A DNA stretch of 60,485 nucleotides from Candidatus Parcubacteria bacterium (GTDB taxonomy: Bacteria; Patescibacteriota; Saccharimonadia; Saccharimonadales; 2-12-FULL-41-12). Where the stretch lies: assembly GCA_019347895.1 (NCBI GenBank), contig JAHWKM010000005.1:1-60485 (forward strand), read 5' to 3'. Shown here piece by piece: positions 30,236 to 39,211 of the stretch (within the stretch, counting starts at the first letter, position 1; each line of letters begins with the position of its first letter). Both the position numbers and the translations under genes were made by a program. Under the pieces are notes generated by a model, which worked only from the letters and a program-made list of their open reading frames with translations, was not told where the DNA came from and searched no databases.

Positions 30236-31512
30236 TATTTCCTATCCCAGGCGGCTAATTTGCCCGGACCGATTTGTTCTGAGATTCTTATAAGTTCGTT
30301 GTACTTAGCAGTCCTCTCGCCGCGGCTCAAACTGCCGGTTTTAATCTGTCCGGCACCTGTGCCAACGGCAAGATGCGCGATGGTTGTATCTTCGGTTTCG
30401 CCGCTGCGATGGCTTATTATAGTGTTCCATCCGGCTTTTTGCGCCATGACAATAGACTCTATAGTTTCGCTAAGCGTACCTATCTGGTTAGGTTTGATCA
30501 ATATCGCATTAGCTGCTTTTTGCTCAATTGCTTTAGCCAATAATTGCGAATTTGTAACCAGCAAATCATCGCCTACCAGCTGGATTTTAGCTCCAATTGC
30601 CTTTGTAAGGTTTTTCCAGCCTTGCCAGTCATCTTCGGCGCAAGCATCTTCAATCGACGTAATCTCGTACTGCTGTGCCAGTCCGGCCACCCACTCAACC
30701 ATTTGCCGGCTGTCCAGCTCCCGGCCATCGCTGGTTAATTTGTATTCACCAGCCTGATAAAATTCTGAGCTGGCTATATCTAAAGCGATACAAACGTCTT
30801 TGCCGTATTTAAAGCGTGATTTGCCTATGGCTTCCACCAGCAGCTCCAGCGCGGCTTCGTTGCTTTCAAGCTTGGGTGCGAAACCGCCTTCATCTCCGAC
30901 AGTGGTTGGTTGGCCTAAATTACTTAATGATTTCTTCAGCGAATAAAAAACATCGGCAATTATTTCTATAGCTTGGTCAAAGTCTTTGGCACCAACCGGC
31001 ACCAGCATGACTTCCTGGACGTCCACCCCGCCACTGGCGTGCGCCCCGCCGTTCAGCACGTTTACCATTGGCATGGGCAGGGATAAATCCTTCTTACCGC
31101 CGGCTTTTTTGTAGAGGCTGGAAATATGTCTATATAACGGCTGTCCTTGGGCGGCAGCGTGCGCCGCAGCCAATGAAACCGATAAAATCGCGTTGGCTCC
31201 CAGGCTGGATTTTTGCTCGGTTCCATCAAGCTCTATCATTTTTTTATCAATGGCCGACTGGTCGGCAGCCTCCATGCCGATGAGCTCTTTTGCGATAATA
31301 TTATTTACATTTTCAACGGCCTTATACACGGCTTTGCCGCCGAATTTTTTGCCGCTATCGCGTAACTCAACCGCTTCCAGCGCACCGGTAGACGCTCCGC
31401 TTGGAACGATAGCCCGGCCAATAAAACCGTCTTGCAAGGTGACTTCCGCTTCAACGGTGGGATAACCTCTCGAATCAAATACCTGCCTGCTGAATATTTT
31501 TTTAATTTTCAC
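30235..31512 (-). CDS. eno: Enolase
   Basis: DSRGYPTVE, VPSGASTG, GDEGGFAP, SHRSGET, KYNELIRI. Confidence 0.98.
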   Translation of the reverse strand: MKIKKIFSRQVFDSRGYPTVEAEVTLQDGFIGRAIVPSGASTGALEAVELRDSGKKFGGKAVYKAVENVNNIIAKELIGMEAADQSAIDKKMIELDGTEQKSSLGANAILSVSLAAAHAAAQGQPLYRHISSLYKKAGGKKDLSLPMPMVNVLNGGAHASGGVDVQEVMLVPVGAKDFDQAIEIIADVFYSLKKSLSNLGQPTTVGDEGGFAPKLESNEAALELLVEAIGKSRFKYGKDVCIALDIASSEFYQAGEYKLTSDGRELDSRQMVEWVAGLAQQYEITSIEDACAEDDWQGWKNLTKAIGAKIQLVGDDLLVTNSQLLAKAIEQKAANAILIKPNQIGTLSETIESIVMAQKAGWNTIISHRSGETEDTTIAHLAVGTGAGQIKTGSLSRGERTAKYNELIRISEQIGPGKLAAWDRK

Positions 31513-31539
31513 GGTTACCCTCCAAATTAATTCTTGATT

Positions 31540-31896
31540 CTATTTCCCCTGCAGCCGATTGATTAGCCGGCGATGCAGGCGCGGGCCGGCGTGTTTTTCT
31601 TTATATTTTTTGAGCTGAATTTTTAAATTTTCTTCTACCAAATCTATGGCTTCGGGTATCGTCAAACCCTTTTTATGGACGGTAATTTGGGTTTTGGGCA
31701 GTCTTAATATAACTTCGCATTCGTATTGTTTCTTATCTTTAGCTTTTGATTGTTTAATTTTTACTTCTGCATGGGTAGATTCGCGGGCATTTTTTGGGAT
31801 GAAACGGTCCAGCGCGCCAATTTTTCTTTGCACGTAGCTTTCTATATCATTATTTAATTTTTTATGGACTCCGCTGATATTGATAGATTTGATCAT
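31540..31896 (-). CDS. hpf: Ribosome hibernation promoting factor (short HPF/RaiA)
   Basis: INISG..YVQRKI..AID..LKIQLKKYKEK. Confidence 0.85.
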   Translation of the reverse strand: MIKSINISGVHKKLNNDIESYVQRKIGALDRFIPKNARESTHAEVKIKQSKAKDKKQYECEVILRLPKTQITVHKKGLTIPEAIDLVEENLKIQLKKYKEKHAGPRLHRRLINRLQGK

Positions 31897-32059
31897 ATCT
31901 TTTCTCTGCCTCCTTTGGGAGCTAAAATTACATAAGAAAACATTCCTGAGTCCACCCTCTTTAGCTGCAAATTAGCATAATTCTTCTCAAAGTATTTTCC
32001 AATACTCTTCGTCAAATTATGTAATTTTCGCATAAAGATCATTGTCATCAGAAATATTT

Positions 32060-33352
32060 CTATATAAATTCAGCTCCCATGTATTTTTGTAAAACTTTAG
32101 GTACCACCACAGAGCCATCGGCTTGCTGGTTGTTTTCTATAATGGCAATTAGCGGTCGCTGCGAAAAAGCCGTGGCGTCATTATTGTGCACGAACTGGAT
32201 GTTGCCGTCTCGGCGCTTTACCCGCGTATTGGTGCCTCGGGCCTGAAAATCAGTTATGTAATCGGCCGTATGGGTTTCTCGGTATTTATTCTGGGCTGGC
32301 AGCCAGACATCTATATCCATGCCGCGGGCGTTCGGAAAGCCGATATCGGCCGTACATTTATTAAGCAAACGATACGGCAACTCTAATTGCTGCATAAGAT
32401 ATTCCTGAATCGCCACCATGAATAAATGTTCCTGCAACGATGCTTCAGCCAAGTTAAAGCTCTCCATTTCCAGTTTATTGAATTGATGCAGGCGTAAAAT
32501 ACCTTCCATGTCTTTGCCGTAAGTACCGGCCTCGCGACGAAAAGCTGTGGTATGGCCAACGTAGCGGATAGGGAAATCGGCTTCGGTCAGAACTTCCCCC
32601 ATATACATCGGTGCCAGCGTATGCTCGGCGCTGGCATTTAGCCAAAGCTCATCATTTTCTAATTTATAAGTTTGCTGTTCTTTGTCCAACCGTCCGGTAG
32701 CTTGGTAGACTTCCGTCTTAGCCATAGCCGGCGGAATTACAGGTATAAATGGTTTCGGGCTGACATTTAGATCATTGTCCCCAATAATTTTTTGCAGGAT
32801 TTTTTCATCAGTTAATACGCTCAGTCCGAAATTCCAAAGCGCGTATTCCAGCATAACTAAATCACCCTTTAAATAAACGAATCTCGTACCGGCCACTTTT
32901 GCGCCGCGCTCTTTGTCCAGCCAGCCCTTGGCTTCGGCGATCTCAGAATGGTTTTTTATTTCAAAATCAAAGTCTGGTTTTTCGCCCCAAGTTTTAACCT
33001 CTTGATTTTCGTCTTCGCTGGCGCCAACCGGCACGTCGTCAACCGGCATATTCGGTATGCTTTTGAGCAATTTAAGCCACTGCTCTTCAGTTTCTTTGAG
33101 GTATTCCTCCCTGTGGGCCAGTTCAATTTTAATTTGGCGCCCTTCTTCCACCAGCGATTCTTCCGGTTTACCGCCTTTTGTAGATTCAGCTATTTTGTTA
33201 CGTTTGCCTCTAAGCTCTTCAACCTGGGCCAATAATTCTTTGCGATCAGAATCATATTTCAAAAGCTGCTCAACATCAACCTCAAAACCCTTCTGAGCCG
33301 CCTTTTTCCGCACCAGCCCCGGATTATCCCGCACAAACTGAATATCAATCAT
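32060..33352 (-). CDS. serS: Serine--tRNA ligase
   Basis: MIDIQFVR, ASAEH, FRREAG, GILRLHQFNKLE, ENNQQADG. Confidence 0.96.
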   Translation of the reverse strand: MIDIQFVRDNPGLVRKKAAQKGFEVDVEQLLKYDSDRKELLAQVEELRGKRNKIAESTKGGKPEESLVEEGRQIKIELAHREEYLKETEEQWLKLLKSIPNMPVDDVPVGASEDENQEVKTWGEKPDFDFEIKNHSEIAEAKGWLDKERGAKVAGTRFVYLKGDLVMLEYALWNFGLSVLTDEKILQKIIGDNDLNVSPKPFIPVIPPAMAKTEVYQATGRLDKEQQTYKLENDELWLNASAEHTLAPMYMGEVLTEADFPIRYVGHTTAFRREAGTYGKDMEGILRLHQFNKLEMESFNLAEASLQEHLFMVAIQEYLMQQLELPYRLLNKCTADIGFPNARGMDIDVWLPAQNKYRETHTADYITDFQARGTNTRVKRRDGNIQFVHNNDATAFSQRPLIAIIENNQQADGSVVVPKVLQKYMGAEFI

Positions 33353-33359
33353 GGTTCGA

Positions 33360-34142
33360 TTATACGCCTTTTTTATAGAATTTTTGCATGTGTTTAAGGG
33401 TTAGTTCGGTGCGTTTGCGGGCGTAGGCGCAATGTTCGCATTCTCCGCCCATGGCTGCCGTGCCTACCTCCGGCATATTACCTTCCATGCACTGTTTCAT
33501 CTTCATAATTGTCGGCTCCACCCAATCATCGTTGCCCGTATAGGGAATAACTTTTGTGCGGAACTCTATGCGGTCATTGAAGCCGTCCATATCCATTCGG
33601 CCATTGGTATAGACAAAATAACCGGTATCGCTGACGTCAAAACCGTTTTGGCGCAGCAGCCACTGATATATTTCCATCTGGCGCTTGTACATTATTTGCC
33701 AGTCGGAATCCAGGGTAATCTCGGCGTTTTTTGCCGTAGCTTTATAATCAACGACGATTAGTTGGCCATCGTCATCTACCCAGATGTCATCCACGGCTCC
33801 AAAGATGTGCAAATTAGTCGGCTTGTGAAGCGCTGTGACGCCCGTGAAGTTGTGCCGCCATTTATCCAGGTCACCATGGGTATACGGTATAGCCTTGATT
33901 TGATTATCCAGCATCAACGGGTGGGGGGCGGCTTTTTTTCGATAAACGTCGAATTCTTTTTTGAATAGTTCATCAATTGCCTTGTTGATTTGGAACGGAG
34001 GGCTGCTAGGGCGGGAGATTTTAAGGCGCGCGTCCAGCCAAAAACAGCGCGAACACTGGACAAACAGCTCGATTTTACTGCGGGATAATTTATAAACTTC
34101 CTTTTGCCCCGGTTTGTAGGGCAAATTTCTTTGATATGCCAT
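33360..34142 (-). CDS. PD-(D/E)XK nuclease family protein (RecB/Cas4-like)
   Basis: LSRSKI..CSRC, GAVDD, VVDYK, QMEIY, C-terminal CEHC. Confidence 0.8.
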   Translation of the reverse strand: MAYQRNLPYKPGQKEVYKLSRSKIELFVQCSRCFWLDARLKISRPSSPPFQINKAIDELFKKEFDVYRKKAAPHPLMLDNQIKAIPYTHGDLDKWRHNFTGVTALHKPTNLHIFGAVDDIWVDDDGQLIVVDYKATAKNAEITLDSDWQIMYKRQMEIYQWLLRQNGFDVSDTGYFVYTNGRMDMDGFNDRIEFRTKVIPYTGNDDWVEPTIMKMKQCMEGNMPEVGTAAMGGECEHCAYARKRTELTLKHMQKFYKKGV

Positions 34143-34168
34143 AGAGTTTTATTTTAGCAGTTTTTTGA

Positions 34169-35080
34169 TTAGGTTACTTTTGCAAATAATTCCGGATGCG
34201 ATTTTGGAAGCTTAGCAAATAAATCAACCATTTTTGTAGTAATTGTGCCCGGATTTGAAGAAATTTGCTTGTCATTAACCTGCCGGCACCAGGTTATTCC
34301 CGTAGCGGTTCCGCTAAAAAATATTTCATCGACCGCAAATAATTCTTCTTTTTTAACCTTGCGCTCTTCCACCTCAATCCCCTGCTCGCTCGCAATCTCA
34401 AGAATAGTCCTTCTAGTAATGCCTCCTAAAATATCGCTATCTAAAGACGGAGTAATCAGTTTGCCTTCCTTGGCTAAAAAAATGTTCATAACGGCACCTT
34501 CGGAGACATCTCCATTTTTATCCAGCATGATGGCCGAATCAAACCCGGACTGGCGCGCTTCGTTGATGGCCAAAGCGGAATTAATATATCCGCCGGTGGC
34601 TTTGCTGCTAGGCGGTATGGATTTCGAATTGTTTCTGACCCAGTCTGAAATGCACACTTTAAGGCCTTGGTTTTTATCAAAATAATTTTCAATTTTTAGC
34701 ATGTAGATTGCCAGCTCGTAATCGCCCGCAATGCCGGGAGATAAATTAAGATCGCTTCGGTATATAATCGGCCGGATATAGGTTGGCGCGGAGATTTTAT
34801 TTTTTTTGGCCAAATCAAATATTTTTGCCTTGATTTTTTCCGCGCTAAATTTATAGGGAAATCCAAGAATTTTAATACTGTCCTGCAGGCGCTTAATATG
34901 ATCCTCAAGTCTGAATACCGCCGGGCCGGTGGGAGTTTGAACTATTTTTAGTCCGCCGTATATGCCGCCGCCGTAATGCAGCGCGTTAGTCATTATCGAC
35001 AGCTTGGCTTCCTTAATTGGTATTATTTTTCCTTCAAAATAAGCATAATCATAAGGAGTTGCGAAAGGTTTTGAACTCAT
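34169..35080 (-). CDS. ilvE: Branched-chain amino acid aminotransferase (class IV)
   Basis: ALHYG, FRLEDHIKRL, YIRP, KATGGYINS, ILGGITR, GTA; start MSSKPF overlaps the pheA stop. Confidence 0.9.
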   Translation of the reverse strand: MSSKPFATPYDYAYFEGKIIPIKEAKLSIMTNALHYGGGIYGGLKIVQTPTGPAVFRLEDHIKRLQDSIKILGFPYKFSAEKIKAKIFDLAKKNKISAPTYIRPIIYRSDLNLSPGIAGDYELAIYMLKIENYFDKNQGLKVCISDWVRNNSKSIPPSSKATGGYINSALAINEARQSGFDSAIMLDKNGDVSEGAVMNIFLAKEGKLITPSLDSDILGGITRRTILEIASEQGIEVEERKVKKEELFAVDEIFFSGTATGITWCRQVNDKQISSNPGTITTKMVDLFAKLPKSHPELFAKVT

Positions 35081-36156
35081 TTTTTGTTCAATTCCGCCGG
35101 ATACGACCCCAAGACCTTGCAAATTCTGGTCATTCCATCAATTTTTTCCAAGGCTAGCTTAACCGACTCATCGTCTCTATGCCCGACAAAATCAATATAA
35201 AAAGCATACTGGCCTTGCTCGTAAGGCTGCGACTCCAGCCGGGTCATGGAAATATTTCCCTCGGCTAAAACGCCCAGGATCTGATACAGCGCGCCGGGCT
35301 TGTCTTTGGCAACGCAAATCATTGATGTCTTATCGCTTCCGGTTGGTTTGGTCTTAAGATTTCCCAGGGCTATAAATCGCGTCTCATTGTCAGGCTGATC
35401 ATTGATAGCTGTTTCCAAAATATTTAAGCCGTAAATCTCCGCCGCTTTTTTTGGTGCAATAGCAGCACCTTCTGTTGTATTAGCAGCCATTTGGGCAGCC
35501 GAAGCGTTGCTTTTTTGAGGCACATGAATAGCACTCGGTAAATGAGTAGCCAGCCATGTGCGGCACTGGCCAAGGGCTTGAGGATGGGCGTAAACTCTTT
35601 TTATGGACGAGAGGTCTTTATCCTTGCTAAGCAGGCAGTGCGCAACCGGAACGCTGATTTCGGACACAATATTAACGTCCGTTTTAAGCAGCAAGCTGTG
35701 CGTCTCCCGGACGGCACCTTCGCTGGAATTTTCAATCGGCACGACAGCAAGTTGAGTCGTACCGGCTTGAACCGCCCGAAATACCGCGGATATGGTCTCT
35801 TCCGGATGCAACTGCACGGTGTTGCCGAATAGTTTTAGGGCTGCTTCCTGGCTGTAAGTTCCTTCCGGCCCCAGATAACCCACGCTTATAGGCCGATCAA
35901 GCTGCAGCTGATCGCGAAAACTTGAGATTATTTGCGTAAAAATCGATCTCACGGCATCTGTGGTCAGCGGGCCATTATTAATGTCGCTCAGACGTCGGAC
36001 TATCTCAATCTCCCTTTCTGGCCGAATAGGAGTTTTTCCAGTGGAAGTTTTTTTAATTTTAAGAGCCAGCCTGGCACGGTCATTCAGCAGATCCAGAATT
36101 TTGCTGTCCAGCCCGTCAATCTCTTTTCTAATCTTTTCTAGATCGCTATCGCTCAT
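35077..36156 (-). CDS. pheA: Chorismate mutase / prephenate dehydratase
   Basis: IRKEIDGLD, YLGPEGTYS, VPIENSSEG, HPQALGQC, NETRF, ACT domain. Confidence 0.94.
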   Translation of the reverse strand: MSDSDLEKIRKEIDGLDSKILDLLNDRARLALKIKKTSTGKTPIRPEREIEIVRRLSDINNGPLTTDAVRSIFTQIISSFRDQLQLDRPISVGYLGPEGTYSQEAALKLFGNTVQLHPEETISAVFRAVQAGTTQLAVVPIENSSEGAVRETHSLLLKTDVNIVSEISVPVAHCLLSKDKDLSSIKRVYAHPQALGQCRTWLATHLPSAIHVPQKSNASAAQMAANTTEGAAIAPKKAAEIYGLNILETAINDQPDNETRFIALGNLKTKPTGSDKTSMICVAKDKPGALYQILGVLAEGNISMTRLESQPYEQGQYAFYIDFVGHRDDESVKLALEKIDGMTRICKVLGSYPAELNKK

Positions 36157-36883
36157 TTTTATCCTTTAATTCTTCATCAATTTTACTTAATACCTTAATA
36201 AATCTAGTCCGCACCTCTGCAGCGTAAGGATTACCGCGCTCTATAGTCTTAAATAATTCTATACTGTGCAAGCGCTCTAGCTCAACCAAGTCAAGTAGTT
36301 TTTGATAATAGCCTGTTTTGAGGGGGCTGCTTGGCAAGTCAAGTTTGAGCAGTCCCCGGCCGACAAAAAACGTCAGGGCATGCACCAAGGCCATTTCCCT
36401 GTCATGCTCTTCCGGACCCATCTCAATTATTTCCAGCCGCAAAAAATCCCTGAGCAAGGTTAGGATTTGATTATAATCTTTAACTTCTAGCGGATAAATA
36501 ACAATTTTCTGCCCGTTAAGATTGGTACCTTTTACAGTCTGCGGCCCGAACAAGGGATGTGTGGCTACCAACTGGCATTTGCCGTCTAAGTATTTTTTCA
36601 TAATTTCGACCGGTTTGGTTTTAACAGAGCATACGTCGAGCACAACAGTTTCAGTATTCACATACCTTGCAAGCTTTTGGCATACTATCGGCATTTCATC
36701 CAGTCCGCAGGCCATAATTACTACTCGGCAAGCAGCAACTTCTTTAATAGTGGTTTGCGTGATTCTATTTGGCAGAGATTTTGATATGTCGCGCTTGCTA
36801 TATACCAGCACATTGCCGTATTTAACCAGTATTTTAGCTATGAATTCACCGAACGCGCCATAACCAACTATACCTGTGTTCAT
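36146..36883 (-). CDS. tyrA: Prephenate/arogenate dehydrogenase
   Basis: GIVGYGAFG, DVCSVK, THPLFGP, EEHDREMA. Confidence 0.9.
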   Translation of the reverse strand: MNTGIVGYGAFGEFIAKILVKYGNVLVYSKRDISKSLPNRITQTTIKEVAACRVVIMACGLDEMPIVCQKLARYVNTETVVLDVCSVKTKPVEIMKKYLDGKCQLVATHPLFGPQTVKGTNLNGQKIVIYPLEVKDYNQILTLLRDFLRLEIIEMGPEEHDREMALVHALTFFVGRGLLKLDLPSSPLKTGYYQKLLDLVELERLHSIELFKTIERGNPYAAEVRTRFIKVLSKIDEELKDKNER

Positions 36884-36893
36884 TTATACAAGC

Positions 36894-37586
36894 TTACAGG
36901 AGTTTTGAAACGGCTACAATCGCGGCTGTTTCAGCGCGAAGTGTAAGCTCGCTGATTTTTACTATTGCCAGTTCACGGTTTTTAAATAAAGCCAACTCTG
37001 CATTGGACCAACCGCCTTCAGGACCGATCAGCACACCTGACGGTTCGCTAATTTTCAATTTACAATTTTCAATTTTCAAACCATCTGGTTCGCAAACCAT
37101 TAACTGGACCTTGTCCTTATGCTTTTCGATAGTAGCTTTAAGCTTTAGCGGACTATGAATTTGCGGTATGTCAAAGCGGCCGCATTGCTCGCTGGCTTCG
37201 ATAACTATCTTCTGCGAGCGTTCCAGGTTAAAATCTTTTTTAATTGTCCTGTCGCTAATGACGGGTACAAAATCCGAAACGCCCAGCTCGGTGCACTTTT
37301 GCAATATTAATTCATTATTATCACGCTTTAACAGCGACCAAAATAAGAATAATTTTTTAGTTATTTTCTTTGGTTTTATATCGCTTAATTTTTCCAAATC
37401 TACGGACTTGTTGGAAATTTTTAATATTTTATAAACAGCTTCAGTTTGATCTTGGTTAAATAAAATTATTTGCTGAGCGGCCTTAAGTCTCAATACCTTT
37501 TCCCACTGCCAAAGCAAGGTTTTATCAGTTATCCTAAGCCCGCTGTCCAGGTGCTTGTCGGCCACGTAAAACCTATGAAGTCGCAA
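36894..37586 (-). CDS. rsmE: 16S rRNA m3U1498 methyltransferase
   Basis: QKCTELG, EASEQCGR, IGPEGG, LRAETAA. Confidence 0.93.
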   Translation of the reverse strand: MRLHRFYVADKHLDSGLRITDKTLLWQWEKVLRLKAAQQIILFNQDQTEAVYKILKISNKSVDLEKLSDIKPKKITKKLFLFWSLLKRDNNELILQKCTELGVSDFVPVISDRTIKKDFNLERSQKIVIEASEQCGRFDIPQIHSPLKLKATIEKHKDKVQLMVCEPDGLKIENCKLKISEPSGVLIGPEGGWSNAELALFKNRELAIVKISELTLRAETAAIVAVSKLL

Positions 37587-37600
37587 AATATAACCTGTTT

Positions 37601-38503
37601 TCAGTTAAAAAGAGCGACGAATACAACGATAAAAAAGGCGACCCTGATCAAAAAATCAGTAGATATGTATTTACCTTCAATCTGTAAATACTCCTCTTTG
37701 CCGGCGCCGCTTCGTATGTAACGAGACTGAGTCAACGCCAGGCTGATAAATCCAACCAATAGTACCGCGGCAAGCACGTAAACGTGCCAGCCGAAAGCCT
37801 GCATGCCATAAAGGGACGTACCGACTAAACCAACAGCTAGAGGGAACCAGGCAAAAACGCCGGTGACCAAGCTTATGTAAAATGACGCGTAACTTTGGGC
37901 GCCTGCTTTGTTCTGTTTTTCTGAAACCCAGCCCAAAAGCGCTGTTACCAATATTAATACGGCGATAAGTTTTAGGGTTACTATGTCTGAAACGCCGCCG
38001 ATCAAGCTTACAAATGCTAGCGTTAAAGCGGAAATTATTCCCATAGATATCCATCTAAGCGCAGGGGCTTTATTATTTACGCCTTCTTCGTATTTAGCGC
38101 GTAATCTTGTGGCTAGCAACAGAGAAAAAACCGCGCTTAAGCCAAATATTGCCGCTAGCAAATAGCGAAGCTCTACGCTGGCGACGATTTCATAGGCTGG
38201 CCCTAAAACTGTTGACTCAAGGCTGGCCAGCTCATCTTTTGTTGAGTAAGGCAAGTAAAATTCAGCCGATTTGTTCGATAAAAATACCACGCTCAAGACC
38301 GCAAAAATAGCGTTGATTGCCGCCGCGAAAAGATTGAACTTTTTCAATTTCGCAAATGTGACCGACTGCTTAGATTCTTTCTTAGGCGCCATTGCTTTAC
38401 TGACAGCTTTTTTTGCGGTTGTTTTTTTTGTTGTTGTTCTGGCCGAAGCTGTTTTTCTCTTTGCAGCTGATTTCTTGTTTGACGATTTTTTGGCGGTAGC
38501 CAT
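37601..38503 (-). CDS. Heliorhodopsin-like 7-TM protein lacking the Schiff-base Lys, with a basic N-terminal tail
   Basis: LKKFNL, FGLSAVF, YEEGV..LRW, GVSD, GWVSE, YLQIEGKYI..DFLIR follow the HeR motif order. Confidence 0.7.
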   Translation of the reverse strand: MATAKKSSNKKSAAKRKTASARTTTKKTTAKKAVSKAMAPKKESKQSVTFAKLKKFNLFAAAINAIFAVLSVVFLSNKSAEFYLPYSTKDELASLESTVLGPAYEIVASVELRYLLAAIFGLSAVFSLLLATRLRAKYEEGVNNKAPALRWISMGIISALTLAFVSLIGGVSDIVTLKLIAVLILVTALLGWVSEKQNKAGAQSYASFYISLVTGVFAWFPLAVGLVGTSLYGMQAFGWHVYVLAAVLLVGFISLALTQSRYIRSGAGKEEYLQIEGKYISTDFLIRVAFFIVVFVALFN

Positions 38504-38651
38504 CTTAAATTCTCCCTTATTTCCCTTTGCAGATTACTATATCATAAGAGTAGTATAAAAGCATGAGTAATAAGACTACAGTCTACGCACTTGCTAAGAA
38601 CGGCTTGCAAAGTAGAGCTTTGCCCGGCTTAGGAGGCGTGGTGTGTAAGCT

Positions 38652-39173
38652 GTGAAGGCCACTTTGGCTGGCGGTTGTTTCTGGTGCACGGAAGCGGTTT
38701 TTCAGGAAGTAAAAGGAGTACAATCAGTAGTTTCCGGGTATAGCGGCGGACGAAGCGATAATCCCACGTATGAGCAAATACATTCTGAAGATACCGGCCA
38801 CGCCGAGTGCGTCCAGGTCACGTTTGATCCGGCAGTTATAAGTTACGAAGAAATTCTTCAAGTTTTTTACTATACGCATAATCCAACCACGCTCAATCAA
38901 GACGGGGCTAATTATGGTGCCGAATATCGGTCAGTGATTTTTTACCATGACGCCGAGCAAAAAATGATAGCCGAAGACGTGAGTAAAAATTTCGCGGCGC
39001 AAATTTGGGATGACCCGATTACGACCCAAATAGTGCCCTTTGAAAAGTTTTACCCGGCCGAAGATTATCATCAAAACTTCTTTAAAAACAATCCAAGCCA
39101 AGCTTATTGCCAGCTAATAATCAACCCAAAGCTAGAAAAATTCCGCAAAAAATTCAAGTCACTTTTAAAGTAA
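38652..39173 (+). CDS. msrA: Peptide methionine sulfoxide reductase A
   Basis: GGCFWC, SGYSGG, GHAE, FYPAEDYHQ, YC. Confidence 0.96.
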   Translation: MKATLAGGCFWCTEAVFQEVKGVQSVVSGYSGGRSDNPTYEQIHSEDTGHAECVQVTFDPAVISYEEILQVFYYTHNPTTLNQDGANYGAEYRSVIFYHDAEQKMIAEDVSKNFAAQIWDDPITTQIVPFEKFYPAEDYHQNFFKNNPSQAYCQLIINPKLEKFRKKFKSLLK

Positions 39174-39211
39174 CGGCAAACTATGCAGTGTGGTGTGGAG
39201 GGTATGGTAGT

